From assembly GCF_963921235.1 (NCBI RefSeq), contig NC_086097.1:181042001-181106000 (forward strand): DNA of 64,000 bases, in the 5' to 3' direction. Below, piece after piece: positions 41,054 to 53,379 of this stretch. Position numbers and translations under genes: made by a program. Within the stretch, counting starts at the first letter, position 1; every line of letters starts with the position of its first letter. This DNA is from Mobula hypostoma. Taxonomy: Eukaryota. Below the pieces are notes generated by a model. The model was not told the DNA's origin, did not search any database, and saw only the letters and a list, made by a program, of their open reading frames with translations.

Positions 41054-42854
41054 CTGAGTAAGGAGAATAGATGCTGATGGCATTTCCAAATTTAGACTCA
41101 CAGAATTAGACAATAGAAACAGACCCTTCAGCACACCTTGTCCAAGTGCAGCTACCTCAGCTGATCCCATTTCCCCACATTTGGCTCATATTCCTCTTAA
41201 CCATTCCTATCCATGTGCCTGTTCAGATGTTCTTTAAGCATTGTAATTGTTACACCTCCACACTTCCTCTGGCAGTTCTTTCAAAATACCCAACACCCTC
41301 TGTGTGAAAAACAAGAGGGGAAGAACTGGACGGTTAAGGGCTCAAGCCACTGGGCCTCACAGAGAATCAAGATGGTGTTGTTGGCATTGACCATTTGGGC
41401 TGAAGCGCCTTTTTCCCGTGTTGTGTTACTCTATGACTACAACAATTATTGGGAGAAATTGGTCAAGCTGTCTTCATTCCATGGAACATCGGAGAATGAA
41501 GGGCAGCCTTATAGAAAGGTTTAAAATTATGAAAGGCATAGATAAGGTCGATGGCATCAATCTTTTCTCCAGGATAGAGGAGTTCAAAACTAGGAGAAAA
41601 AGATTTAGGGTGAGAAGGAGAGATTTAAAAGGGTCTTGAGGGGGCAACCTTTATGATAGAGAGTGCTGAGTATTTGGAATGAGCTGCCAAAGGGAGTGTT
41701 TGAAGCAGGTGCAAGACTGCCATTTAAAAAACACTTGCATAGGTAAATGGAAGGGCAGACTTGGAGGTATGTGGGCCGAATGCAGGAAATTGGGACTGTC
41801 TGCGTGTGTACCATGCCAAAGGGGTCTTCTATCTATGCTGCATCAGTCAGTGAGAGGGTCAGGACGATTACCATGTCGAGTATCATGTCACACTATATAT
41901 CGCCATCCCAGATGTCAGGATCCTAACCCCCTAGCTGTTAATTCACTCACTTTGACGCAATCCAGATCCAGATCCTGATCCCTCAGCTTTGCTCAATCTT
42001 TGTGCTATGCTTTAAACAGTTTACATGTTAGGTTGAGTTGCTGAGTTTCGACTTTGTTAGCTTGTTCTTGGGCCAGCAGCCAATTCAATTAAGGCAAAAT
42101 TTTATTGTTAAGGATTCCCATTTTTTCAGTAAGGGTGGCCTCTTGTTGTTCTGCTGCCCTAAACACGTCAAATGTCATTTTCAAAGCACACAGCAAGATC
42201 TAACAGGCTGTATCTTTACTCTCCTCCCTTTGGGGAAACGCTATCTGAATTAGCAGAACGGCTACCATGTCCAGGACATCACCACTACTGCTCACCATCT
42301 CAGTTCTCCAACACGTGGGAAGGCAACAACATGTAGACAGGATGCTGCTCATTGTCACAAAACCATAGGTGTTGCCTGTCCATCCCAGTATCTTAAGCTC
42401 AGTCTCACCTGCGGTTATGTCCTGCTGTCTGTGAAACATAGTGCACTTTATGCTGAATCCTGCCAACTATGCCAATTGTGTAACAAAAATTATTTCAAAA
42501 ATTTGTTCTGTTTTTTTTCTAATTCAGCTCAGGGTACTTGCATATGTATTTGCAATCAAAGGGAGGCACTGTTCAAGTGTTGAAAGCAAGAAATAACTTT
42601 ATTGAAGTGATAGTAAATGGAATACAGAAAGAAAAAACAAATGATTAATTGGATAATATGGAAACAACACAAGACTTATCCATTTAATTAGCTGATCTCT
42701 GCAATGTCAGAGGGAACCACAGATCTGACAGCCTTTCATACCACCTTCTCTCTCTCTGACGTATTTGTCCCCATCTCCAACTTCTAGCACTGGTTGTGAC
42801 TTAGCCCAAGAGACAATCCCCTTGCACAAAAAAGTGTCCCTTTTAATACCCTTC

Positions 42855-43260
42855 AGATCCCTCACAGTTGCAGTGTAAGTTGATCGAGTGGTTAAGAAGG
42901 CATATAGCACGTTGGCCATCATGAGTCACGGGACTGAGTTTGAGTTCAAGAGCTGTGAGGTAATGTGGCAGACCTATAAAACTCTGGTTAAACCTCACTT
43001 GAAGTATTGTGTTCAGTTCTGATTGCCTCATTGGAGGAAGGATGTGGAAGCTTTACAGAGTGTGTGGAAATTTACCAGGAACTGCCTGGATTAGAGAGTG
43101 TGCCTTATGAGGATAGCAAAGTGAGCTAGGGCTTCTCTTTCTGGAGTGAGGGTGAAAGACAGGTCACTTGAAAGAGGTGTACAAGGTGTTGAGAGGAATA
43201 GATTGAGTGGATAGGCAGAGATTTTTTTCCCAGAGCAGAAAAGGCTAACATGAAAAGGGC
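42855..43260 (+). mobile_element. CR1 RT C-terminal fragment
   Basis: Similar to 36100-36480. Confidence 0.75.
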
Positions 43261-43279
43261 CTTCGTTTTATCATGTACT

Positions 43280-46200
43280 CCAAAACTCATCCTTAATAAT
43301 AGACTCCAAGATCTTTCAACCACTAAAGTCAGGCTAACTAGGCTATAATTTCCTTTGTCTGCCTCCTTCAGAGTGGAGTGACATTTGCAATTTTCCTGTC
43401 CTCAGGAACCACTCCAGAATCTACTGACTCCTGAAAGATCATTACGAATGCCTCCACAATCTTTTCAGCTACTACTTTCAGAACCCTGGGGTGTAATCTA
43501 TTGGTCCAGTTGACTTAATTAACTTCAGAATTTTCAACTCCCCAACTAGCTTCGTAGTAATAGCAAGGATACTCACTTCAGCCCCCTGACACACTTGCAT
43601 TTTGGTATTCTCTAAACCTCTTCCACAGTGTAGACTTACACAAAATACTTATTAAGTTCCTCTACCGTTTCTTTGTCCCCTCATTATCTCTCCAGAATAA
43701 TTTTCCAGCAGACCGATATCCAGACTCACCTCTCTTTTATTTTTATATATCTGAAAAACTTTTTGTATCCACTTTTATTATTGGCTAGCATGTCGTCATG
43801 TTTCATCTCTTCTCTATGACTTTTTTTAGTTGTCTCACGTTTTTTAAAAGCTTCCCAATCCTCCACATTCCCACTAATTTTTGCTATATTATATGCCTTC
43901 TCTTTTCCTTTTATGCTCTTTTTGACTTCCCTTCTCCATTACGGTTGCCTCATTCTCTTTAGAATACTTCTTCATCTTCAGGTTGTATCTTTCTTGTACC
44001 CTCTGAATTTCCCGCAGAAACACCGGCCTTTGCTGTTCTGCTGTCATCCCTGCTATTGTCTCCTTGTAATCTACTTTGGCCAGCTCCTCTCTCATGCCTC
44101 TATAGTTCCCTTTACTCCATTGTAATATTGATACATGAAATTTTAGTTTGTCCTTCTCAAAATGCAAGGGTGAATTCTATCGTATTATGATCACTGCCTC
44201 CTAAGGGCTCCTTTATCTTAAGCTTACTAATCAAATCTGGGTCATTATATAACACCCAATCCTGAACTACCATTCCCCTCGTGGACTCCACCACAAATTA
44301 CTCCAAAAGCACATCTCTTAGGCATTCTGTAAATTCTCTCTCTTGGGATCCAACACCAACCAGATTTCCCCAAACCACCTGCATAGTGAAATTCTCCATA
44401 ATTGCAGCATTGCCCTTTTTACAAGCCATTTTTTTAATCTCCCATTGTAATTTGTAGTCCACATCCTGGTTACTATTTGGAGTTTATAACACCCATTTGG
44501 GTCTTTTTACCATTGTAGTTTCTTAACTATACTCACAAGGATTCAACATCTTCCAATCCTTTGTCACTTCTTTCTCAGGATTTAATTTTTTACTAAGAGC
44601 CACCCCATCCCCTCTGTTACCCGCCTGTCTTTTCGATACAATGTGTATCCTTGGATGTTAAGCTCCCAACTTTAACCCTCTTTCAGCCATGACTCAGTGT
44701 TGCCCACAAAGTCATACCAGCCAATCTCTAACTGCGCTACAAGATCATCTACATTATTCCATATACTGCCTGCATTCACATATAACATCTTCAGTCCTGT
44801 AATCATCATCCTTTTTTGATTTTGGTTCTCTGTTACACTTTAACTCATTCCACTGACTTCAAATTTGTCCTTTCCTTCCTTGTAATCTCACTACACACTG
44901 CAGCTACTTGTATACCAACTGCCCCATCCTTAGTCCTATCACTCTGGTTCCCATTCTCCTATCCAATTAGTTTAAACCCTCCCCAATAGCTCTAGCAAAC
45001 ATGCCCGCAAAGATACTGGTCCCACAAAGGTTCAGGTGTAACCCAGCCTTTTTGCACAGGTCATACCTTCCCCAGAACAGATCCTAACAATCCATAAATC
45101 TGAATGAAACCCTGCCCTCAGCACTAATTCTTCAGTCACACATACATAGCCAAATTACCCTATTCTTACCCTCACTAGTACATGGCACAGGCTGCAATCC
45201 TGAGATTACTACTCTACAAGTCCTGTTTTTCAACTTTCTTTCTAACTTCCTATATTCTCTCTTCAGGACCACCTCCCTTTTCCTATCTATTGTATGTCGA
45301 TGGTACCAATATGTACAACTTCTCCCCCTTTAGAATACCGTGGACCAGTTCCAAAACATCCCTAACCCGGGCACTTGGTAAGTAACATACCATCCAGGTG
45401 TCTCTTTCATGTCCACTGAATCTACTTTCTGCTCCTCTAATTATAGAATCTCCCATCACTACTCTTTTCCCCTCTTCCTGAGCCACTGAGCTAGACACAG
45501 TGCCAGAGACTTGGGTGCTACGACTTCCCCCTGCTAGGTCATTCCCTCCCAAAAGTCTCCATAAGACTATAAGACCATAAGATATAGGAGCAGAAGTAGG
45601 CCATTCCGCCCATCGAGTCTGCTCCGCCATTCAATCGGGGCTGATCCAAGTCTTCCAGTCATCCCCACTCCCCTGCCTTCACCCCATACACTTTGAAGCC
45701 CTGGCTAATCAAGAACCTATCTATCTCTGCCTTAAGTGAACCCAATGACTTGGCCTCTACAGCCACTTGTGGTGACAAATTCCACAGATTTACCACCCTC
45801 TGACTAAAGTAATTTCTCCGCATCTTTCTTCTAAATGGACGTCCTTCAATCCTGAAGTCGTGCCCTCTTGTCCTAGACTACCCTACCATGGGAAATAAGT
45901 GGTATACTTATCCAAAGCAGTATACTTATTATTGAGGAGAATGGCCACAGGGGTACTCTGCACTGGCTGCTTACTCCCTTTCCCTCTCCTGATCGGGGAC
46001 CTGTGACATGCAATTTAGGGGTGACTACCTTTCTGAGCTTACTATCACCTCCTCATTCTCCCATGTGAGCCCAAGGTTATTGAGCTGCAGCTCCAGTTGC
46101 TTAAAAGGATCTCTGAAGAGGTGCAGCTTGATGCACTTCATACATATTTATTTATCAAGTAGACTGGAGGTCTCCCAGAGTTCCCACATCTCACACAAGG

Positions 46201-47930
46201 AACATACCTCCTCCAAATCCATTTCTAGCACACTAGCTACAGTGGTATGCAAAAGTTTGGGCACCCCTGGTCAAAATTTCTGTTACCGTGAATAGCTAAG
46301 CGAGTACAGGATGAATTGATTTCCAAAAGGCATAAAGTTAAAGATGACACATTTCTTTAATATTTTAAGCAAGAAAACTTTTTTTATTTCCATCTTTTAC
46401 AGTTTCAAAATAACAAAAGAGGAAAAGGGTCTGAAGCAAAAGTTTGGGCACCCTTCATGGGCAGTACTTAGTAACACCCCCTTTGGCAAATATCACAGCT
46501 TGTAAACGCTTTCTGTAGCCAGCTAAGAGTCTTTCAATTCTTGTTTGGGGGATTTTCGCCCATTCTTCCTTGCAAAAGGCTTCTAGTTCTGTGAGATTCT
46601 TGGGCCGTCTTGCATGTACTGCTCTTTTGAGGTCTATCCACAGATTTTTGATGATGATGTTTAGGTCAGGGGACTGTGAGGGCCATGGCAAAACCTTCAG
46701 CTTGTGCCTCTTGAGGTAGTCCATTGTGCATTTTGAGGTGTGTTTATTCTGTTGTAGAAGCCATCCTATTTTCATCTTTGGCTTTTTTTTTACAAACGGT
46801 GTGATGTTAGCTTCCAGAATTTGCTGGTATTTAATTGAATTCATTCTTCCCTCTACCAGTAAATGTTCCCCGTGCCACTGGCTACAACACAAACTCAAAG
46901 CATGATCTTTTGCAGCCAAAAAGTTCTACTCAAAAGGTTCAAAGGAACATCTAAACAAGCCTGATGCATTTTGGAAACAAGTCCTGTGGACTGATGAAGT
47001 TAAAATAGAACTTTTTGGCCTCAATGAGCAAAGGTACGTTTGGAGAAAAAAGGGTGCAAAATTTCATGAAAAGAATACCTCTCCAACTGTTAAGCACGGG
47101 GGTGAATCGACATGCTTTGGGCTTGTGTTGCAGCCAGTGGCACAGGGAACATTTCACTGGAAGAGGGAAAAATGAATTCAATTAAATACCAGCAAATTCT
47201 GGAAGCAAACATCACATCGTTTCGTAAAAAAGCTGAAGATGAAAAGAGTATGGCTTCTACAACAAGATGTCACAGTCCCCTGACCTAAACATCATCGAGA
47301 ATCTATGGATTGACCTCAAAAGAGCAGTGCATGCAAGACGGCCCAAGAATCTCACAGAACTAGAAGCCTTTTGCAAAGAGGCCATTCAGGCAAAAATTGC
47401 CCAAACAAGAATTGAAAGACTCTTAGCTAGCTACAGAAAGCGTTTACAAGCTTTGATACTTGCCAAAGGGGGTGTTACTAAGTACTGACCATGCAGGGTG
47501 CCCAAACTTTTGCTGCAGGCCCTTTTCCTTTTTTGTTATTTTGAACTGTAAAAGATGGAAATAAAAAAGTTTTCTTGCTTAAAATATTAAAGAAATGTGT
47601 CATCTTTAACTCTATGCCTTTTGGAAATCAGTTCATCTTTTACTCACTTGGCTATTCACATTACAGAAATTTTAACCAGGGGTGCCCAAACTTTTGCATG
47701 CCACTGTATGTACTAACAGTAAAAAAAATTACTAGAAACCAACTTACTTACTTAGAACCTCCAACTGTGCTTACCCAAGCCTGTTGAGCCAATGCTGGAC
47801 CCCTCTAACAAAGCTCCACTCACACAATGGCCGCTATGCTTACACCTCCTTTCTTTCTTTTTATTGCTGCACACTAATTGCTGCCTGCTAGAAAAAAGCT
47901 AAAAAGCGCCCAAGTTCTTTTTAAAACTCA
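43280..47930 (-). mobile_element. Decayed CR1 (ORF1, EN, start of RT) carrying a CR1 tail insertion (~45562-45897) and the Tc1 element
   Basis: VVMGDSIIRG..CYLPSARV (45283-45630); LQWSKGNYRGMREEL (43889-44167). Confidence 0.8.
46240..47706. mobile_element. Tc1-like non-autonomous palindromic DNA transposon with ~210-bp IR/DR-type TIRs and TA TSD
   Basis: ta|cagtggtatgcaaaagtttgggcacccctgg ... ccaggggtgcccaaacttttgcatgccactg|ta; transposase C-terminus SQSPDLNI...GGVTKY on both strands; VLWTDE motif near 46980. Confidence 0.93.
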
Positions 47931-48869
47931 AGCTGCATCAGCAACTAAGGACCTCGCACGCTGATTACCACCCGCCAAGAAAAAACTCCAGATATCATTT
48001 CCAGATCCAACGTGAAAGGCATGGGTAGAAGATCCCACCTTTGATCCACTGTGAAAATCATAAGAATTCTCAAGAAGGCAAACTGCAGGAGATTTGGATG
48101 TGATACTCAGTTGTTTGGTATATTGGAGGAATAGATCAACGGACGTTTGGGCATGAGGTGCATGGGTGAGAAAGCAGTGATGTTTTATTGAGCGGTGGAG
48201 CAGTCTGAAGATGCTTGCTGTCGACTCCTGGTGGTTTTCAAAGATTATCTTTATTTAAAGTAAGACGACCAGACCTATAAGCAGAATTCCTTATGTGCTC
48301 CAGACCATTTGAGGACTTGTGTGCAGTATTACCCTTAACCCCATCGTCCAGATGCTGCAGACTGTGAACAGCTGGAGCACGAAGGGCAGATGATCAAGTC
48401 TAGCTGTATGCTCCACTGCGTCCTTTGTTTACCAGATATCCAAATCTCCTGCAGTTTGTCTGCTTTAGAGTTCACATGATCTTCATAAAGGATCAAAGAA
48501 AAGGGTCTTTCTGGTCTGGGAGGGCCGGCGCTTGGGGTGTCAGGGAAAGCCAACGGTTTACAACGCTCTGCGTCTGCATCTACATCTACAAACCCCTTTT
48601 CAAAGACAAATTACCAGTCTCACATCCTAAGAACGTACCATCACCTCTGTATTTACCAGATAAAGTAAACAGCCAATATTCTCTCGTCACCCCATCTTGT
48701 TTGACCTGGATTCGCATTTGAAGTGAAGACAATAGAGCCTTGGCTATTAGAACAGGGTGCCCACCAATGAATGAATGGGTCAAAGGATCGTTAAGACACT
48801 TGTCCAACAAATCTGGAGAGATTGAACGATGGGTAGGGAGGTACTAAGGGAACATCATACTGTGGAGCG

Positions 48870-49390
48870 CCGAATAGTGAGAACTCACTGTGAAGGAACA
48901 GGTTTAATTTGGAGACCGGTCCTCCCCTGTTGCTGCTTCGGGGCCTGTCAGCAGCGCAGCCGGGCTCCGTGACGGGACCCTGCACCGAGGGAGTCTCCGC
49001 GACCTCACACTTGTCATCAATATCCACCCCCCCCCACCCCGCTTTCGTGACGCCCCAAGCGCCGACCCGCCCAGATCGGAAGGACCCTTTTACCTTCGCC
49101 GATTTTCTCCAATTTCTCATATTTCTGCATCACGGCGACCAGAGTCGAGCAGACTGGTAACTGCGCGACAACACAACTCGCAGTGCCAGAAGGCACAGCG
49201 CCACACGCAGCATGGGAGGGCTCACATCCACACAAAGCAGCACCAGCAGCACCTACAGCACCAGAGGGCTCACCGCCACACACAGCGCCACCTGCAACAT
49301 GGGAGGGTTCAATAGCACATACAGCCCCCGCCCCCCCATAAACACACAAACACACACACGAAGGCTGACTGTCACCATCAATCACCGCCA
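48870..49390 (-). promoter_or_regulatory. CpG-rich region around CDK5 exon 1 (probable promoter/5'UTR)
   Basis: Visibly higher GC and CpG density than the surrounding repeats; surrounds the start codon. Confidence 0.7.
49094..49130 (-). CDS. CDK5: CDK5 coding exon 1 (MQKYEKLEKIGE-G, 37 nt)
   Basis: ATG at 49130-49128; peptide matches the CDK5 N-terminus; donor G|gtaaaa; GC-rich context. Confidence 0.97.
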
Positions 49391-49930
49391 AACTAGAGGC
49401 CAGAGGTTTGAAGTGAGAGTGGAGAGATGTAATAGAAACTTCAGAGGCACTTTTTCACCCAGATTATGGTTAATATATAGAACGCGCTGCCAGAGGAATT
49501 TGTTGACACAGGTACATTAACAATAGCTAATCCAGGCAACAGCCTGGCGAACCTCTTCTGCAATCTCTCCAAAAACTGGATTGGAGAGCTTGCATTTGCT
49601 GTAAAAAGAGCTTGGACAAACTTGGATTATTTTCTCGAGAGAGTCAGAGACTGAGAGGAAACCTGATAGAAATTTTTAAGATTAGGAGATCAGAGATAGT
49701 CAGAGTCTTATCCCCGGGGAAGAACTGTCAAACTGAGAGGGGGCAACTTTAAAGGAGTTTTAGGGGAAAAGTTTTTTTGTACACAGAGAATGATCGGTGC
49801 CTGGAAAGTGCAAGGTGGTGGTGGAAGCAGATATGGCAGCAACATTTAACACAGGCACGTGAACAGATAGGGAATGGAGGAATATAGACATAAACAAGCA
49901 GATGGGATTAGTTTAAATAGGCATAAGTTA
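49390..49930 (+). mobile_element. Decayed CR1 3' fragments between CDK5 exon 1 and the LTR
   Basis: TRGQRFEVR..F.GTFSPR and 'gagaggaaacctgatagaa' similarity to CR1 tails. Confidence 0.65.
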
Positions 49931-49937
49931 TTGCAGC

Positions 49938-50799
49938 TGTGACAAGAATACACATAGATTAAGATGTAGCTGGCCTGGGTTGGCACTAGTGGAATCAGCA
50001 GTTGGTCTGCCAGTAGAATCAGAAGTTGTCTTCAGGAGAGAGAGAGATAAGGAAAACAATGGAGCAGCATTTGGAGATGTTAATGAAGGAAGGAGAGCTG
50101 TCAAAATCGGCTCCCCCTTTGAACCCTGAACTGTTTGAAGTAATAGAAAGGCGATACCCCAGCAGGGGGATAAAAAGGGACAGGTTCGCTAAGGCAAGAC
50201 ACACACGACACCCGAGGTAACAAGACCCTGGAAGCGGTGCGTCTCTCACAAGTCGGTGGGAAGTACCGGGCCATAAACGCACAGGGTGGAAAGGCACGAT
50301 CGGCGGGAACCTGGTGTGTGTCCACCCTTGCCTGGGTGCCAGGTTCACCGCAGGGAAACGATCGTACCTGGAAACGGAGGGGTCACGGTCGGTGACCTCA
50401 GATGACATCACAAAGGACTCGCCCGAAAGCTGACTGCGAAGGTCTGTGTGGAAGCCTTGAATATTCATTCGTTTTGCGCTCTCTCTCTCCTTCCCCCCAC
50501 TGTCCATCGCCACGGCGGCGATTACTGCGAATTGAACTGAACTAAATTGAACTGAACTTTGCGTCACTTTGAAGCTGGTCATTTACCCCTAGACAACAAT
50601 AGAGTTTGATTGATCCTGTTATCTTAATTCTGAGCACATGTATGTTTATCATTGCTGAACTGTTGCATTCATTATCCTTTTGATTAGAGTACTGTGTTGC
50701 TTGTTTCTTTAATAAAACTTTCTTAGTTCTAGTAATCCAGACTCCAACTGAGTGATCCATTTCTGCTGGTTTGGCAACCCAGTTATGGGGTACGTAACA
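49938..50799 (+). repeat. 5' LTR (862 bp)
   Basis: Near-identical to 54007-54856; contains (aactg)n and AATAAA. Confidence 0.95.
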
Positions 50800-50803
50800 T
50801 AAG

Positions 50804-50822
50804 TGGGGTTCTCGTCCGGGAT
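50804..50822 (+). other. Primer-binding site, tRNA-Pro type
   Basis: tggggttctcgtccgggat versus the canonical TGGGGGCTCGTCCGGGAT. Confidence 0.85.
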
Positions 50823-50898
50823 CTTGAATGCTAAATTTGGGACGGAGTAAATTGATTGGGTCAAAATTCCCAAAAGAAAGAAAAGACAAACAGCAGAA

Positions 50899-53002
50899 AT
50901 GGAGGCTGAGGAATTTATAAAGGCGCCGACCTTGGAGGCATTAGAGGATGCCAGGAAATCGGAATTGGTAGCTGTGGCCAAACTGTTGAATCTTGCTAAG
51001 GGGAAGTCGACAATGAGGAGAGAGGAGATACACAGAGCTATCGTAGAGCACTATGTATCTAAAGGTGTGTTTCCCCAAGGCGAGCTGGGGGTGGTGTCTA
51101 TTGAAAAACCTGCTGGAGACGCGGTACAGGTGCAGCTTGAAAAACTGAGACTCGAGCACGAGTTCCGGGTAAGGCGGTTGGAGCGAGAAGAGAAAGAGAG
51201 GGACAGACAGTTGGAGCGAGAAGAGAAGGAGAGAGAGTTAGAAAGGAAAGAGAGGGAGTTAGAAAGGCAAGAGAGAGAGAGGCAGTTGGAGCGAGAAGAG
51301 AGGCAGTTGGAGAAACAGAGGGAAAGGGAATTCGAGCTGGAGAAGTTAAGGATAAGGGCAGAGCAGGGGCCCGTGCCGAACCAAGGTGGAGGGTTCCGGG
51401 CGACCCAGGAGGTTAGGCTGGTTCCCCCCATTTGACGATACCGACGTGGATCGGTACTTTCTCCATTTCGAAAAAGTTGCTACAAGTCAGGACTGGCCGA
51501 GGGATAAGTGGGTTGTTTTGCTTCAGAGTGTACTGAAAGGGAAAGCCCAAGAAGCTTACTCAGCTTTGTCTGCGGAAGATGCTCAGAGGTACGAGGTGGT
51601 GAAAGAGGCCATCCTCAGGATTTATGAGTTGGTCCCGGAGGCATACCGGCAGAGGTTCCGGAATGCGAGGAAGCAGTGGGACCGCACGTATTTAAAGTTT
51701 GCCCGTGAGATGCAGACATATTGTGAGCATTGGTGCGCCTCAAAGGGGGTAGAGGGGGATTATGACAGACTGCTACAGCTGATCCTGATTGAGCAGTTTA
51801 AAGGTTGTGTCCCTGAGGGTATGAGACCCTACCTAGATGAGAAAGAGGCAGCCACGTTAGCCGCAACTGCTAAGTTAGCGGATGAGTATGCGCTGACGCA
51901 TAAAATGAAGTTTGCCCCGAGTAAAGGCTACCAGAAGGGTAGTCAGGACGGTGGGGAGAGTCCGCCAGAAAAGTCAGAAAGTAAGCCGGGGACTAGTGAG
52001 AAGGATAAGGTAGACCGGGAGCAGTCTGGTAGGAAGTCTCCTGGGGTCGTCTGTTATAATTGCGGGAAAGTTGGACACTTTGCGTCCAGGTGCTTTGCCC
52101 CAAAGAAGGAGACGGGAAAAGGAAAAATGGTGATTTTGACTGGCTGTATCGAGCTGGTAAACGAACCGCTAGGGAAGGACAGGTCTGCCAAAGTTCAGGA
52201 AGGGCGCGAGAGGTTTATCTCGGCCGGATTGGTGTCAGTGAAGGAGGAGTTAAAACCAGTTCCAGTGCGGATCTGGAGAGACACGGGGGCGTGTCAGTCA
52301 CCGATACTGAAGAGTGTATTAGAGTTTAGCTCAGAGACCCAGACTGGGGAGGTCAAGGTCAAAGGTATTGGGGAAGGGACAGAGGCAGTCCCTTTGCACC
52401 AGATACACTTACAAAGCAACCTGGTCTCTGGACTAGTCACGATCGGGGTGAGGTCCGAATTACCGATGAAAGGCGTGGAAGTCTTGCTTGGTAATGACCT
52501 CGCCGGGGGAATCGTGTTCGAAGCAGTGAGATTGACAGGTCAGTCTGCCAGCATTGAAGCCCCGCCCATGGACTCACAGGTTCATCACTGGACTGCGGTA
52601 GTAAATTTAGCTGAGACGTTTCTGCCAGCCTTGTACGAGAAGGGGGTAGAAAGTGAAAAGAAGGAGTGTAGTGAGACAAGAGGTAGTGAGGGAGCTGGGA
52701 CAGACGTAGCATTAGCCAGGAAAGAACTTGTGCAGGCGCAGGAGCGAGACGAGGGGCTGATGGTTTTGGCAGAGGCAGCTCTCTCTGACACAGACTTAAC
52801 AAGGGAACTAGTAGGCTATTGTGTGGAGGAGGAAGTGCTAAGGAAGAAAGGGAAGCCAAGTACCGTACCCGCAGATGAGGAATGGGGGGTGGTGCAAAAG
52901 AGTTATGGGGATGAGGTTTTTAACCTGGCCCACAAGGTACCCCCCGGTGGACATTTTGCGGTACTGGAGGGAACAGTTGGTGGAATCATGAAAGAGGTTT
53001 AG
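50899..53002 (+). pseudogene. gag-pro(-int start): E/R coiled coil, SCAN-like capsid, CCHC knuckle, aspartic protease; one frameshift in a C-run at ~51424-51429
   Basis: YELVPEAYRQRFR...LILIEQF; CYNCGKVGHFASRC; RDTGACQS; LLGNDLAG; VFNLAH..GGH. Confidence 0.88.
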
Positions 53003-53379
53003 CGGCTGCACCGGAGGAAGGATGTTATTGATTATGGCCGACGCGAACTGAGACGGTCACAGGCTTTTGATATGCTAACAAACCTAGTCGGTGTTAGCGC
53101 GGAAATCAATGAAGCTAGGGTCCCCCTGATAAGAGAAAATTAAACATTTTGAAAAGATGAGTATGGTATCAACCAGATGGGAGAAGGCTATCGTTTTGGC
53201 CAGCTCTGCTGATAAGGTCTCTCCCTTAATCCCCGAACAAAGCGACTCTTTAGAAGAAGTAATTAAACGACTCGCACATGTGTGTTTGATTGTCCCGAGG
53301 CGATGCAAAGAACTGGGACGTTGGGTGGTGTCTGTGACACTGGGTTAGCCTAGCGAGCAACAACCATATAGAATGAGTA

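Noticed and set aside
49017..49391. N-terminally extended CDK5 (124-aa ORF in frame with exon 1)
   Set aside because: Starts at a non-ATG codon and runs through low-complexity GC-rich promoter repeats; the conserved ATG is at 49130
51386..52100. Host SCAN zinc-finger gene
   Set aside because: Lies between LTRs with PBS/PPT and is followed by a CCHC knuckle and protease, not C2H2 fingers
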